The notes under the pieces are model-generated. The model did not search any database. It saw only the letters and a list, made by a program, of their open reading frames with translations, and was not told the origin of the DNA. Shown piece by piece: positions 21,888 to 32,844 of a DNA stretch of 64,000 bases (its first letter is position 1; every line of letters begins with the position of its first letter). A program made the position numbers and the translations under genes. The stretch comes from Escherichia coli (lineage in GTDB: Bacteria; Pseudomonadota; Gammaproteobacteria; Enterobacterales; Enterobacteriaceae). Location: the NCBI RefSeq assembly GCF_044324875.1, contig NZ_CP172185.1. The stretch is one strand, 5' to 3'.

Positions 21888-22796
21888 ATGGCTGCCATTA
21901 ATACGAAAGTCAAAAAAGCCGTTATCCCCGTTGCGGGATTAGGAACCAGGATGTTGCCGGCGACGAAAGCCATCCCGAAAGAGATGCTGCCACTTGTCGA
22001 TAAGCCATTAATTCAATACGTCGTGAATGAATGTATTGCGGCTGGCATTACTGAAATTGTGCTGGTTACTCACTCATCTAAAAACTCGATTGAAAACCAC
22101 TTTGATACCAGTTTTGAACTGGAAGCAATGCTGGAAAAACGTGTAAAACGTCAACTGCTTGATGAAGTGCAGTCTATTTGTCCGCCGCACGTGACTATTA
22201 TGCAAGTTCGTCAGGGGCTGGCGAAAGGCCTGGGACATGCGGTATTGTGTGCTCACCCGGTAGTGGGTGATGAACCTGTGGCTGTTATTTTGCCTGACGT
22301 TATTCTGGATGAATATGAATCCGATTTGTCACAGGATAACCTGGCAGAGATGATCCGCCGCTTTGATGAAACGGGTCATAGCCAGATCATGGTTGAACCG
22401 GTTGCTGATGTTACCGCATATGGCGTTGTGGATTGCAAAGGCGTTGAATTAGCGCCGGGTGAAAGCGTACCGATGGTTGGTGTGGTAGAAAAACCGAAAG
22501 CGGATGTTGCGCCGTCTAATCTCGCTATTGTGGGTCGTTACGTACTTAGCGCGGATATTTGGCCGTTGCTGGCAAAAACCCCTCCGGGAGCTGGTGATGA
22601 AATTCAGCTCACCGACGCAATTGATATGCTGATCGAAAAAGAAACGGTGGAAGCCTATCATATGAAAGGGAAGAGCCATGACTGCGGTAATAAATTAGGT
22701 TACATGCAGGCCTTCGTTGAATACGGTATTCGTCATAACACCCTTGGCACGGAATTTAAAGCCTGGCTTGAAGAAGAGATGGGCATTAAGAAGTAA
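21888..22796 (+). CDS. galU: UTP-glucose-1-phosphate uridylyltransferase
   Basis: 302-aa ORF. Confidence 0.95.
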
Positions 22797-22820
22797 CATC
22801 CGTATCGGTGTTATCCACGA

Positions 22821-22851
22821 AACGGCGTTGAGCAATCGACGCCGTTTTTTT
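22821..22851 (+). terminator. Terminator after galU
   Basis: aacggcgt...acgccgtt hairpin plus T7 run. Confidence 0.7.
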
Positions 22852-22888
22852 ATAGCTTATTCTTATTAAATTGTCTTAAACCGGACAA

Positions 22889-22917
22889 TAAAAAATCCCG
22901 CCGATGGCGGGATTTTT
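22889..22917 (-). terminator. Terminator after hns
   Basis: aatcccgcc...ggcgggatt hairpin with flanking A/T runs. Confidence 0.7.
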
Positions 22918-22940
22918 AAGCAAGTGCAATCTACAAAAGA

Positions 22941-23354
22941 TTATTGCTTGATCAGGAAATCGTCGAGGGATTTACCTTGCTCATCCATTGCTTTTTTGAT
23001 TACAGCTGGAGTACGGCCCTGGCCAGTCCAGGTTTTAGTTTCGCCGTTTTCGTCAACGTAGCTATATTTTGCCGGACGCTGAGCACGTTTAGCTTTGGTG
23101 CCAGATTTAACGGCAGCAAGGCTATTCAGCAGTTCGTTCGGGTCAATACCGTCAGCGATCAGCATTTCGCGATATTGCTGCAGTTTACGAGTGCGCTCTT
23201 CAACTTCAGCAGCAGCCGCGCTTTCTTCTTCGCGACGTTCGTTAACAACAACTTCTAATTTTTCCAGCATTTCTTCCAGCGTTTCAAGTGTACATTCTCT
23301 TGCCTGCGCACGAAGAGTACGGATGTTGTTCAGAATTTTAAGTGCTTCGCTCAT
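22941..23354 (-). CDS. hns: Nucleoid-associated protein H-NS
   Basis: 137-aa [23 protein letters not shown]. Confidence 0.97.
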
Positions 23355-23957
23355 TGTAGTAATCTCAAACTTATATTGGGGTGGTTTGTTGAGGTAATAA
23401 TAGAGCCTTAAATTCAGTTGTGCAATAGCCAGGAATGTAAGGAATTCAAAATTGTTCTTTATTTTGTGCCGCCAATAAATATCTTTTCATAAAATTAGCC
23501 AGAAAAGACGCGGCATATAGCCCTATTTGCGCCGATGATTTCGCAGCACGTGAGGTTAAAACTTCCTGATTCATGTCACATTTTATGGGGAGATTATCGT
23601 AGGCTGACGACCTTTCAGTCTTCTGTATTAGTCGTGTTTACGAGAATTCCCTATTAAGCGAATGATGAAAAGTAGAACAGTCGCAATAAGAGCAGGGACT
23701 TAGTATTGCACTATCTCCAGGAGGTCAACAGAGGGCTATTACTTGCGCAACAGGTTAAAGATTGTGAATAGTTACCAGCAGTCATTTACCCGCTTATAAC
23801 AAGCGAGGCAGTTGTAATGATAGCTCAGAAGGATTATGCAAGGCTTCGTAAGGGAGAACGCATATACCACTTCTGTGCATACTGTTGAGCTGAAAAACTG
23901 ACGAATTATGATAAACTCCAGCCAACTTTAATTCATATCATTGAGGGCCTGTGGCTG

Positions 23958-24575
23958 ATGGCACAGCTATATTTCTACTATTCCGCAATGAATGCGGGTA
24001 AGTCTACAGCATTGTTGCAATCTTCATACAATTACCAGGAACGCGGCATGCGCACTGTCGTATATACGGCAGAAATTGATGATCGCTTTGGTGCCGGGAA
24101 AGTCAGCTCGCGTATAGGTTTGTCATCGCCTGCAAAATTATTTAACCAAAATTCATCATTATTTGATGAGATTCGTGCGGAACATGAACAGCAGGCAATT
24201 CATTGCGTACTGGTTGATGAATGCCAGTTTTTAACCAGACAACAAGTATATGAATTATCGGAGGTTGTCGATCAACTCGATATACCCGTACTTTGTTATG
24301 GTTTACGTACCGATTTTCGAGGTGAGTTATTTATTGGCAGCCAATACTTACTGGCATGGTCCGACAAACTGGTTGAATTAAAAACCATCTGTTTTTGTGG
24401 CCGCAAAGCAAGCATGGTGCTGCGTCTTGATCAAGCAGGCAGACCTTATAACGAAGGTGAGCAGGTGGTTATTGGTGGTAATGAACGCTACGTTTCTGTA
24501 TGCCGTAAACACTATAAAGAAGCGTTAGAAGTCGGCTCATTAACGGCTATTCAGGAAAGGCATCGCCACGATTAA
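23958..24575 (+). CDS. tdk: Thymidine kinase
   Basis: 205-aa ORF with P-loop (NAGKST). Confidence 0.95.
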
Positions 24576-24784
24576 TAAGAATTTCTTTACTGACAGGGTG
24601 AGCAGGGCGCTTTTATCCTGTCAGTTCGTTTTACTCACTTCATCCGGTGTATATACCCTTCTCGACAGTTCTTTAACGCCACTATACCCCTCACAGAGCG
24701 CTTTTACAGTGACGTTGACTTGTGGACCTGTAAAGTACAATATCGCTGTGTGTAGGCGTTATACATCGCCGTAAATATGATGAA

Positions 24785-24793
24785 GGCAAATGC
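24785..24793. repeat. IS1 target-site duplication (left), GGCAAATGC
   Basis: Identical 9-mer directly flanks both IS1 ends. Confidence 0.85.
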
Positions 24794-24808
24794 GGTAATG
24801 ACTCCAAC

Positions 24809-25312
24809 TTATTGATAGTGTTTTATGTTCAGATAATGCCCGATGACTTTGTCATGCAGCTCCACCGATTTTGAGAACGACAGCGACTTCCGTCCCAGCC
24901 GTGCCAGGTGCTGCCTCAGATTCAGGTTATGCCGCTCAATTCGCTGCGTATATCGCTTGCTGATTACGTGCAGCTTTCCCTTCAGGCGGGATTCATACAG
25001 TGGCCAGCCATCCGTCATCCATATCACCACGTCAAAGGGTGACAGCAGGCTCATAAGACGCCCCAGCGTCGCCATAGTGCGTTCACCGAATACGTGCGCA
25101 ACAACCGTCTTCCGGAGCCTGTCATACGCGTAAAACAGCCAGCGCTGGCGCGATTTAGCCCCGACATAGCCCCACTGTTCGTCCATTTCCGCGCAGACGA
25201 TGACGTCACTGCCCGGCTGTATGCGCGAGGTTACCGACTGCGGCCTGAGTTTTTTAAGTGACGTAAAATCGTGTTGAGGCCAACGCCCATAATGCGGGCA
25301 GTTGCCCGGCAT
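24809..25312 (-). CDS. insB: IS1 transposase InsB frame
   Basis: 167-aa ORF; A6C slippery site near 25246-25255 for InsAB' frameshift fusion. Confidence 0.9.
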
Positions 25313-25506
25313 CCAACGCCATTCATGGCCATATCAATGATTTTCTGGTGCGTACCGGGTTGAGAAGCGGTGTAAGTGAACTGCAGTTGCCATGTTTTAC
25401 GGCAGTGAGAGCAGAGATAGCGCTGATGTCCGGCGGTGCTTTTGCCGTTACGCACCACCCCGTCAGTAGCTGAACAGGAGGGACAGCTGATAGAAACAGA
25501 AGCCAC
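25231..25506 (-). CDS. insA: IS1 InsA (transposition inhibitor / N-terminal transposase part)
   Basis: 91-aa ORF with zinc-finger Cys pairs. Confidence 0.9.
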
Positions 25507-25561
25507 TGGAGCACCTCAAAAACACCATCATACACTAAATCAGTAAGTTGGCAGCATCACC

Positions 25562-25570
25562 GGCAAATGC
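25562..25570. repeat. IS1 target-site duplication (right), GGCAAATGC
   Basis: Matches 24785-24793. Confidence 0.85.
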
Positions 25571-25655
25571 TGTCGGTTTATGGGAAAGTTGCTTTGGGTA
25601 AAACAAAAAAACGGCCCCAGAAGGGACCGTTTATGTTGCCAGACAGCGCTACTGA

Positions 25656-28331
25656 TTAAGCGGATTTCTTCGCTTTTTTCTCAGCTTTAGCCGGAGCGGC
25701 TTCCTTTTTCGCTGCAGTTTCACCTTCTACATAATCACGACCGTAGTAGGTATCCAGCAGAATCTGTTTCAGCTCGGAGATCAGCGGGTAACGCGGGTTA
25801 GCGCCGGTGCACTGGTCATCGAATGCATCTTCAGACAGTTTATCCACATTCGCCAGGAAGTCTGCTTCCTGAACGCCAGCTTCACGGATAGATTTCGGAA
25901 TACCCAGTTCAGCTTTCAGCGTTTCCAGCCATGCCAGCAGTTTCTCGATCTTAGCAGCAGTACGGTCGCCCGGTGCGCTCAGACCCAGGTGGTCAGCAAT
26001 TTCAGCATAACGACGGCGAGCTTGCGGACGGTCATACTGGCTGAATGCAGTCTGCTTGGTCGGGTTGTCGTTCGCGTTGTAGCGAATAACGTTACAAATC
26101 AGCAGGGCGTTTGCCAGACCGTGCGGAATATGGAACTGGGAACCCAGTTTGTGCGCCATTGAGTGACATACACCCAGGAAGGCGTTCGCAAACGCGATAC
26201 CCGCGATAGTTGCTGCACTGTGAACACGTTCACGCGCTACCGGATTTTTAGATCCTTCGTGGTAGGACGCTGGCAGATATTCTTTCAGCAGTTTCAGCGC
26301 CTGCAGAGCCTGACCATCAGAGAACTCAGATGCCAGTACAGAAACATAAGCTTCCATGGCGTGAGTTACTGCGTCCAGACCACCGAAAGCACACAGGGAC
26401 TTCGGCATGTCCATAACCAGGTTGGCATCGACAATCGCCATATCCGGGGTCAGCGCATAGTCTGCCAGCGGATATTTCTGACCAGTAGCGTCGTCAGTTA
26501 CAACCGCAAACGGAGTGACTTCAGAACCTGTACCAGAAGTGGTGGTGACAGCGATCATTTTCGCTTTCACGCCCATTTTCGGGAACTTGTAGATACGTTT
26601 ACGGATATCCATAAAGCGCAGCGCCAGTTCTTCGAAGTGAGTTTCCGGATGTTCGTACATGACCCACATGATCTTCGCGGCGTCCATCGGGGAACCACCA
26701 CCCAGCGCGATAATCACGTCTGGTTTAAAGGAGTTTGCCAGTTCTGCACCTTTACGAACGATGCTCAGGGTCGGGTCAGCTTCTACTTCGAAGAAGACTT
26801 CAGTTTCAACGCCTGCTGCTTTCAGTACGGAAGTGATCTGATCAGCATAACCATTGTTGAACAGGAAGCGGTCAGTCACGATGAGCGCACGTTTGTGGCC
26901 ATCAGTAATCACTTCATCCAGCGCGATTGGCAGGGAGCCACGGCGGAAGTAGATAGATTTCGGAAGTTTGTGCCACAACATGTTTTCAGCTCGCTTAGCA
27001 ACGGTTTTCTTGTTGATCAGGTGTTTCGGACCAACGTTTTCAGAGATGGAGTTACCACCCCAGGAACCACAACCCAGAGTCAGGGAAGGTGCGAGTTTGA
27101 AGTTATACAGGTCACCGATACCACCCTGAGAAGCCGGGGTGTTAATCAGGATACGAGCCGTTTTCATTTTCTGACCGAAGTAAGAAACGCGAGCCGGTTG
27201 GTTATCCTGGTCAGTGTACAGGCAAGAGGTATGACCGATACCGCCCATAGCAACCAGTTTCTCTGCTTTTTCTACCGCGTCTTCGAAATCTTTAGCGCGG
27301 TACATTGCCAGAGTAGGGGACAGTTTTTCATGTGCGAACGGTTCGCTTTCATCAACAACGGTCACTTCACCGATCAGAATCTTGGTGTTTTCTGGTACAG
27401 AGAAGCCTGCCAGTTCAGCAATTTTATAGGCTGGCTGACCAACGATAGCCGCGTTCAGCGCACCGTTTTTCAGGATAACGTCCTGAACAGCTTTCAGCTC
27501 TTTACCCTGCAACAGATAGCCGCCGTGGGTTGCGAAACGTTCACGTACTGCGTCATAAACAGAGTCAACAACAACAACAGACTGTTCAGAAGCACAGATT
27601 ACGCCGTTGTCGAAGGTTTTGGACATCAGCACAGATGCAACTGCACGTTTGATATCAGCAGTTTCATCGATAACAACAGGCGTGTTACCCGCGCCTACAC
27701 CGATAGCTGGTTTACCGGAGCTGTATGCGGCTTTAACCATGCCCGGACCACCAGTCGCGAGGATCAGGTTGATGTCTGGGTGGTGCATCAGTGCGTTAGA
27801 CAGTTCAACAGAAGGTTGATCGATCCAGCCGATCAGATCTTTCGGAGCACCGGCAGCGATAGCAGCCTGCAGAACGATATCAGCCGCTTTGTTGGTTGCA
27901 TCTTTTGCACGCGGGTGCGGGGAGAAGATAATGGCGTTACGGGTCTTCAGGCTGATCAGCGATTTGAAGATAGCAGTTGAAGTCGGGTTAGTGGTCGGAA
28001 CGATACCGCAAATAATACCGATTGGTTCAGCGATAGTGATGGTACCAAAAGTGTCGTCTTCAGACAGAACACCACAGGTTTTTTCATCTTTATAGGCGTT
28101 GTAGATATATTCAGAAGCAAAGTGGTTTTTGATCACTTTATCTTCGACGATACCCATGCCGGATTCGGCAACGGCCATTTTCGCGAGTGGGATTCGAGCA
28201 TCTGCAGCAGCCAGAGCGGCGGCGCGGAAGATTTTGTCTACTTGCTCTTGAGTGAAACTGGCATATTCACGCTGGGCTTTTTTTACACGCTCTACGAGTG
28301 CGTTAAGTTCAGCGACATTAGTAACAGCCAT
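25656..28331 (-). CDS. adhE: Bifunctional acetaldehyde-CoA / alcohol dehydrogenase
   Basis: 891-aa [23 protein letters not shown]. Confidence 0.97.
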
Positions 28332-28807
28332 AATGCTCTCCTGATAATGTTAAACTTTTTTAGTAAATCATCTGCTCGAATACGAGAGTATAGTCAGTGC
28401 GGTGATGATTTGCTTAACCGATGAAAATCAAAAGCTTACTCGCGCTCACACTCACTGTGATTTACTAAAAGAGTTTAAACATTAGAGTTATTATCTCTAA
28501 TGCGTCACTTCCAGGTGGCGTAAGCAAGATTACTCACTTCTGGGTACTGATTACGTGATCCAAATCAAATTTTTGCAAAGCTGACACCTTTCAGCATCGC
28601 TTTTCGCCATTATAGCTAACAGTTAATAAATTGTAGTATGATTTGTTGGCTACATTATCATGTTTTGCACAACCAGATAACAATAACGAATGATAGCAAT
28701 TTTAAGTAGTTAGGAGGTGAAAAATGCTGTCAAAAGGCGTATTGTCAGCGCGTCTTTTTAACCTTATTTATGGCTAACATTATCCGGCTTTTGCTTCGGA
28801 GCTAACC

Positions 28808-29455
28808 GTGATTCAGACCCTTTTTGATTTTCCCGTTTACTTCAAATTTTTCATCGGGTTATTTGCGCTGGTCAACCCGGTAGGGATTATTCCCGTCTTT
28901 ATCAGCATGACCAGTTATCAGACAGCGGCAGCGCGAAACAAAACTAACCTTACAGCCAACCTGTCTGTGGCCATTATCTTGTGGATCTCGCTTTTTCTCG
29001 GCGACACGATTCTGCAACTTTTTGGTATATCAATTGATTCGTTCCGTATCGCCGGGGGCATCCTGGTGGTGACGATAGCGATGTCGATGATCAGCGGCAA
29101 GCTTGGCGAGGATAAACAGAACAAGCAAGAAAAATCAGAAACCGCGGTACGTGAAAGCATTGGTGTGGTGCCACTGGCGTTGCCGTTGATGGCGGGGCCA
29201 GGGGCGATCAGTTCTACCATCGTCTGGGGTACGCGTTATCACAGCATTAGCTATCTGTTTGGTTTCTTTGTGGCTATTGCATTGTTCGCTTTATGTTGCT
29301 GGGGATTGTTCCGCATGGCACCGTGGCTGGTACGGGTTTTACGCCAAACCGGCATCAACGTGATCACGCGTATTATGGGGCTATTGCTGATGGCATTGGG
29401 GATTGAATTTATCGTTACTGGTATTAAGGGGATTTTCCCCGGCTTGCTTAATTAA
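28808..29455 (+). CDS. ychE: MarC-family inner membrane protein YchE
   Basis: 215-aa membrane ORF, GTG start. Confidence 0.85.
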   Translation: MIQTLFDFPVYFKFFIGLFALVNPVGIIPVFISMTSYQTAAARNKTNLTANLSVAIILWISLFLGDTILQLFGISIDSFRIAGGILVVTIAMSMISGKLGEDKQNKQEKSETAVRESIGVVPLALPLMAGPGAISSTIVWGTRYHSISYLFGFFVAIALFALCCWGLFRMAPWLVRVLRQTGINVITRIMGLLLMALGIEFIVTGIKGIFPGLLN

Positions 29456-30192
29456 TTCCTTTCAAATGAAACGGAGCTGTCATGCTCCGTTTACTTCGTC
29501 ATTATTTTTACTTTGTTCCGGTGCAGTTATCAAAAGCAAAGGGAATGGGTAAAAATATTCTTCTTGAATTACAGTTGGTTATAAGGATTTCCTTAACTGC
29601 TTCTCCTCACCATCATGTTATTTTCGCCACATCATAATCCTGGGCTTGCTGAAGAATAATTGAAATGATATTAGTTATTCCACTGCCTTTGGTAGAGGAA
29701 AGTGCTAAATAATAATCAATTGTTAAATTATTGTGCATTTCACTACTGGAACTGTAATCAGAAAAGATAGACATGCTTAACCAATCTCTATTTGATTGAA
29801 TTGAAAGATGTTTGTTAAGACATGGATGCAAGCTATAGATTCTGATACGGTCAATAAAAGAGAATTGCTTAACAATTTTGCAAAATGTATTGGCGAGTAA
29901 GAAGCGCATTTGGTACTTTCCGGGCAACCGCCAGACGATTCTTTATTGGTAATGAGAATAATTAACAATTAAAGAGCGTCGCGAAAGAATAATGTGTCTC
30001 GACAGGGGAGACACAGTACGAATCGACATAAGGTGATCGTCTGAATCACCAGAATAAATAAAGTCGGTGATAGTAATACGTAACGATAAAGTAACCTGAC
30101 AGCAGAAAGTCTCCGAGCCTGTGCAGGGTCCCAATCCGGGATTACACATGCTGGTTAATACCAGTAATTATAATGAGGGAGTCCAAAAAACA

Positions 30193-31824
30193 ATGACCAA
30201 CATCACCAAGAGAAGTTTAGTAGCAGCTGGCGTTCTGGCTGCGCTAATGGCAGGGAATGTCGCGCTGGCAGCTGATGTACCCGCAGGCGTCACACTGGCG
30301 GAAAAACAAACGCTGGTACGTAACAATGGTTCAGAAGTTCAGTCATTAGATCCGCACAAAATTGAAGGTGTTCCGGAGTCTAATATCAGCCGAGACCTGT
30401 TTGAAGGCTTACTGGTCAGCGATCTTGACGGCCATCCGGCACCTGGCGTCGCTGAATCCTGGGATAATAAAGACGCGAAAGTCTGGACCTTCCATTTGCG
30501 TAAAGATGCGAAATGGTCTGATGGCACGCCAGTCACAGCCCAAGACTTTGTGTATAGCTGGCAACGTTCTGTTGATCCGAACACCGCTTCTCCGTATGCC
30601 AGTTATCTGCAATATGGGCATATCGCCGGTATTGATGAAATTCTTGAAGGGAAAAAACCGATTACCGATCTCGGCGTGAAAGCTATTGATGATCACACAT
30701 TAGAAGTCACCTTAAGTGAACCTGTTCCGTACTTCTATAAATTACTTGTTCACCCATCAACTTCACCGGTGCCAAAAGCCGCTATCGAGAAATTCGGAGA
30801 AAAATGGACCCAGCCTGGTAATATCGTCACCAACGGTGCCTATACCTTAAAAGATTGGGTCGTAAACGAACGAATCGTTCTTGAACGCAGCCCGACCTAC
30901 TGGAACAACGCGAAAACCGTTATTAACCAGGTAACCTATTTGCCTATTGCTTCTGAAGTTACCGATGTCAATCGCTACCGTAGTGGTGAAATCGACATGA
31001 CTTATAACAACATGCCGATCGAATTGTTCCAGAAGCTGAAAAAAGAGATCCCGGACGAAGTTCACGTTGATCCATACCTGTGCACTTATTATTACGAAAT
31101 TAACAACCAGAAACCGCCATTTAACGATGTACGTGTGCGTACCGCACTGAAACTGGGTATGGACCGCGATATCATTGTTAATAAAGTGAAAGCGCAGGGC
31201 GACATGCCCGCCTATGGTTACACTCCACCGTATACTGATGGCGCAAAATTGACTCAGCCGGAATGGTTTGGCTGGAGCCAGGAAAAACGTAACGAAGAAG
31301 CGAAAAAACTGCTGGCTGAAGCGGGTTATACCGCAGACAAACCGTTAACCATCAACCTGTTGTATAACACCTCCGATCTGCATAAAAAGCTGGCGATTGC
31401 TGCCTCTTCATTGTGGAAGAAAAACATTGGTGTAAACGTCAAACTGGTTAACCAGGAGTGGAAAACATTCCTCGACACCCGTCACCAGGGCACTTTTGAT
31501 GTGGCCCGTGCAGGCTGGTGTGCAGACTACAACGAACCAACTTCCTTCCTGAACACCATGCTGTCGAACAGCTCGATGAATACCGCGCATTATAAGAGCC
31601 CGGCCTTTGACAGCATTATGGCGGAAACGCTGAAAGCGACTGACGAGGCGCAGCGCACAGCTCTGTACACTAAAGCAGAACAACAGCTGGATAAGGATTC
31701 GGCCATTGTTCCTGTTTATTACTACGTGAATGCGCGTCTGGTGAAACCGTGGGTTGGTGGCTATACCGGCAAAGATCCGCTGGATAATACCTACACCCGG
31801 AATATGTACATTGTGAAGCACTAA
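30193..31824 (+). CDS. oppA: Oligopeptide ABC transporter periplasmic binding protein
   Basis: 543-aa ORF from ATG at 30193 with GAGGGAG RBS; signal peptide MTNITKRSLVAAGVLAALMAGNVALA. Confidence 0.95.
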   Translation: MTNITKRSLVAAGVLAALMAGNVALAADVPAGVTLAEKQTLVRNNGSEVQSLDPHKIEGVPESNISRDLFEGLLVSDLDGHPAPGVAESWDNKDAKVWTFHLRKDAKWSDGTPVTAQDFVYSWQRSVDPNTASPYASYLQYGHIAGIDEILEGKKPITDLGVKAIDDHTLEVTLSEPVPYFYKLLVHPSTSPVPKAAIEKFGEKWTQPGNIVTNGAYTLKDWVVNERIVLERSPTYWNNAKTVINQVTYLPIASEVTDVNRYRSGEIDMTYNNMPIELFQKLKKEIPDEVHVDPYLCTYYYEINNQKPPFNDVRVRTALKLGMDRDIIVNKVKAQGDMPAYGYTPPYTDGAKLTQPEWFGWSQEKRNEEAKKLLAEAGYTADKPLTINLLYNTSDLHKKLAIAASSLWKKNIGVNVKLVNQEWKTFLDTRHQGTFDVARAGWCADYNEPTSFLNTMLSNSSMNTAHYKSPAFDSIMAETLKATDEAQRTALYTKAEQQLDKDSAIVPVYYYVNARLVKPWVGGYTGKDPLDNTYTRNMYIVKH

Positions 31825-31909
31825 TGGCAATACGTGGGGCAGGCGTGTCCTGCTCCACGGTGTCTGATTTTTATCGCATTACAGAAGGCACAGGCCAGAA
31901 GGTAGGGCA

Positions 31910-32830
31910 ATGTTAAAATTTATTCTACGTCGCTGTCTGGAAGCGATTCCGACGCTATTTATTCTTATTACTATTTCGTTCTTTATGATGCGCCTCGCGC
32001 CGGGAAGCCCTTTTACCGGCGAACGTACTTTACCGCCGGAAGTGATGGCCAATATCGAAGCGAAATATCATCTTAATGATCCGATCATGACACAGTATTT
32101 CAGCTACCTGAAACAACTGGCGCATGGCGATTTCGGTCCATCGTTTAAATATAAAGATTATTCGGTCAACGACCTGGTTGCATCCAGTTTTCCCGTTTCT
32201 GCCAAACTGGGAGCCGCAGCATTTTTCCTTGCGGTAATACTGGGTGTTAGTGCTGGCGTTATTGCAGCATTAAAACAAAACACCAAATGGGACTATACCG
32301 TGATGGGGCTGGCAATGACCGGGGTTGTTATCCCCAGTTTTGTGGTTGCGCCATTATTAGTCATGATATTTGCGATCATTTTGCATTGGCTGCCGGGCGG
32401 TGGCTGGAATGGTGGTGCGCTTAAATTCATGATACTGCCAATGGTGGCGTTGTCACTCGCCTATATCGCCAGTATTGCGCGTATTACCCGTGGCTCTATG
32501 ATTGAAGTATTACACTCCAACTTTATTCGTACTGCCCGGGCGAAAGGGTTACCTATGCGGCGGATCATTTTACGCCACGCATTAAAACCTGCTCTGTTAC
32601 CCGTGCTCTCCTATATGGGCCCTGCATTTGTCGGCATTATTACCGGTTCTATGGTCATCGAAACCATTTATGGTTTGCCGGGGATTGGGCAATTGTTCGT
32701 TAATGGTGCATTGAACCGTGACTATTCCTTAGTGTTAAGCCTGACCATTCTGGTTGGCGCGTTAACCATTTTGTTTAATGCCATTGTCGATGTGCTATAT
32801 GCGGTTATCGACCCGAAAATCCGTTACTGA
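31910..32830 (+). CDS. oppB: Oligopeptide ABC transporter permease
   Basis: 306-aa membrane ORF. Confidence 0.95.
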   Translation: MLKFILRRCLEAIPTLFILITISFFMMRLAPGSPFTGERTLPPEVMANIEAKYHLNDPIMTQYFSYLKQLAHGDFGPSFKYKDYSVNDLVASSFPVSAKLGAAAFFLAVILGVSAGVIAALKQNTKWDYTVMGLAMTGVVIPSFVVAPLLVMIFAIILHWLPGGGWNGGALKFMILPMVALSLAYIASIARITRGSMIEVLHSNFIRTARAKGLPMRRIILRHALKPALLPVLSYMGPAFVGIITGSMVIETIYGLPGIGQLFVNGALNRDYSLVLSLTILVGALTILFNAIVDVLYAVIDPKIRY

Positions 32831-32844
32831 TACTGGAGCTCGCG

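Larger units (their letters stand above)
24794..25561 (-). mobile_element. Insertion sequence IS1 (768 bp, intact)
   Basis: Terminal inverted repeats ggtaatgactccaacttattgat / atcagtaagttggcagcatcacc; insA and insB ORFs; 9-bp TSD. Confidence 0.95.

Noticed and set aside
26163-27980. 605-aa ORF antisense to adhE
   Set aside because: Lies wholly inside and opposite the well-supported adhE frame; low-complexity translation typical of an antisense frame in a codon-biased gene.
29613-29968. 104-aa and 63-aa minus-strand ORFs between ychE and oppA
   Set aside because: AT-rich, Ser/Ile/Asn-rich low-complexity translations without RBS in a region better explained as the oppA leader.
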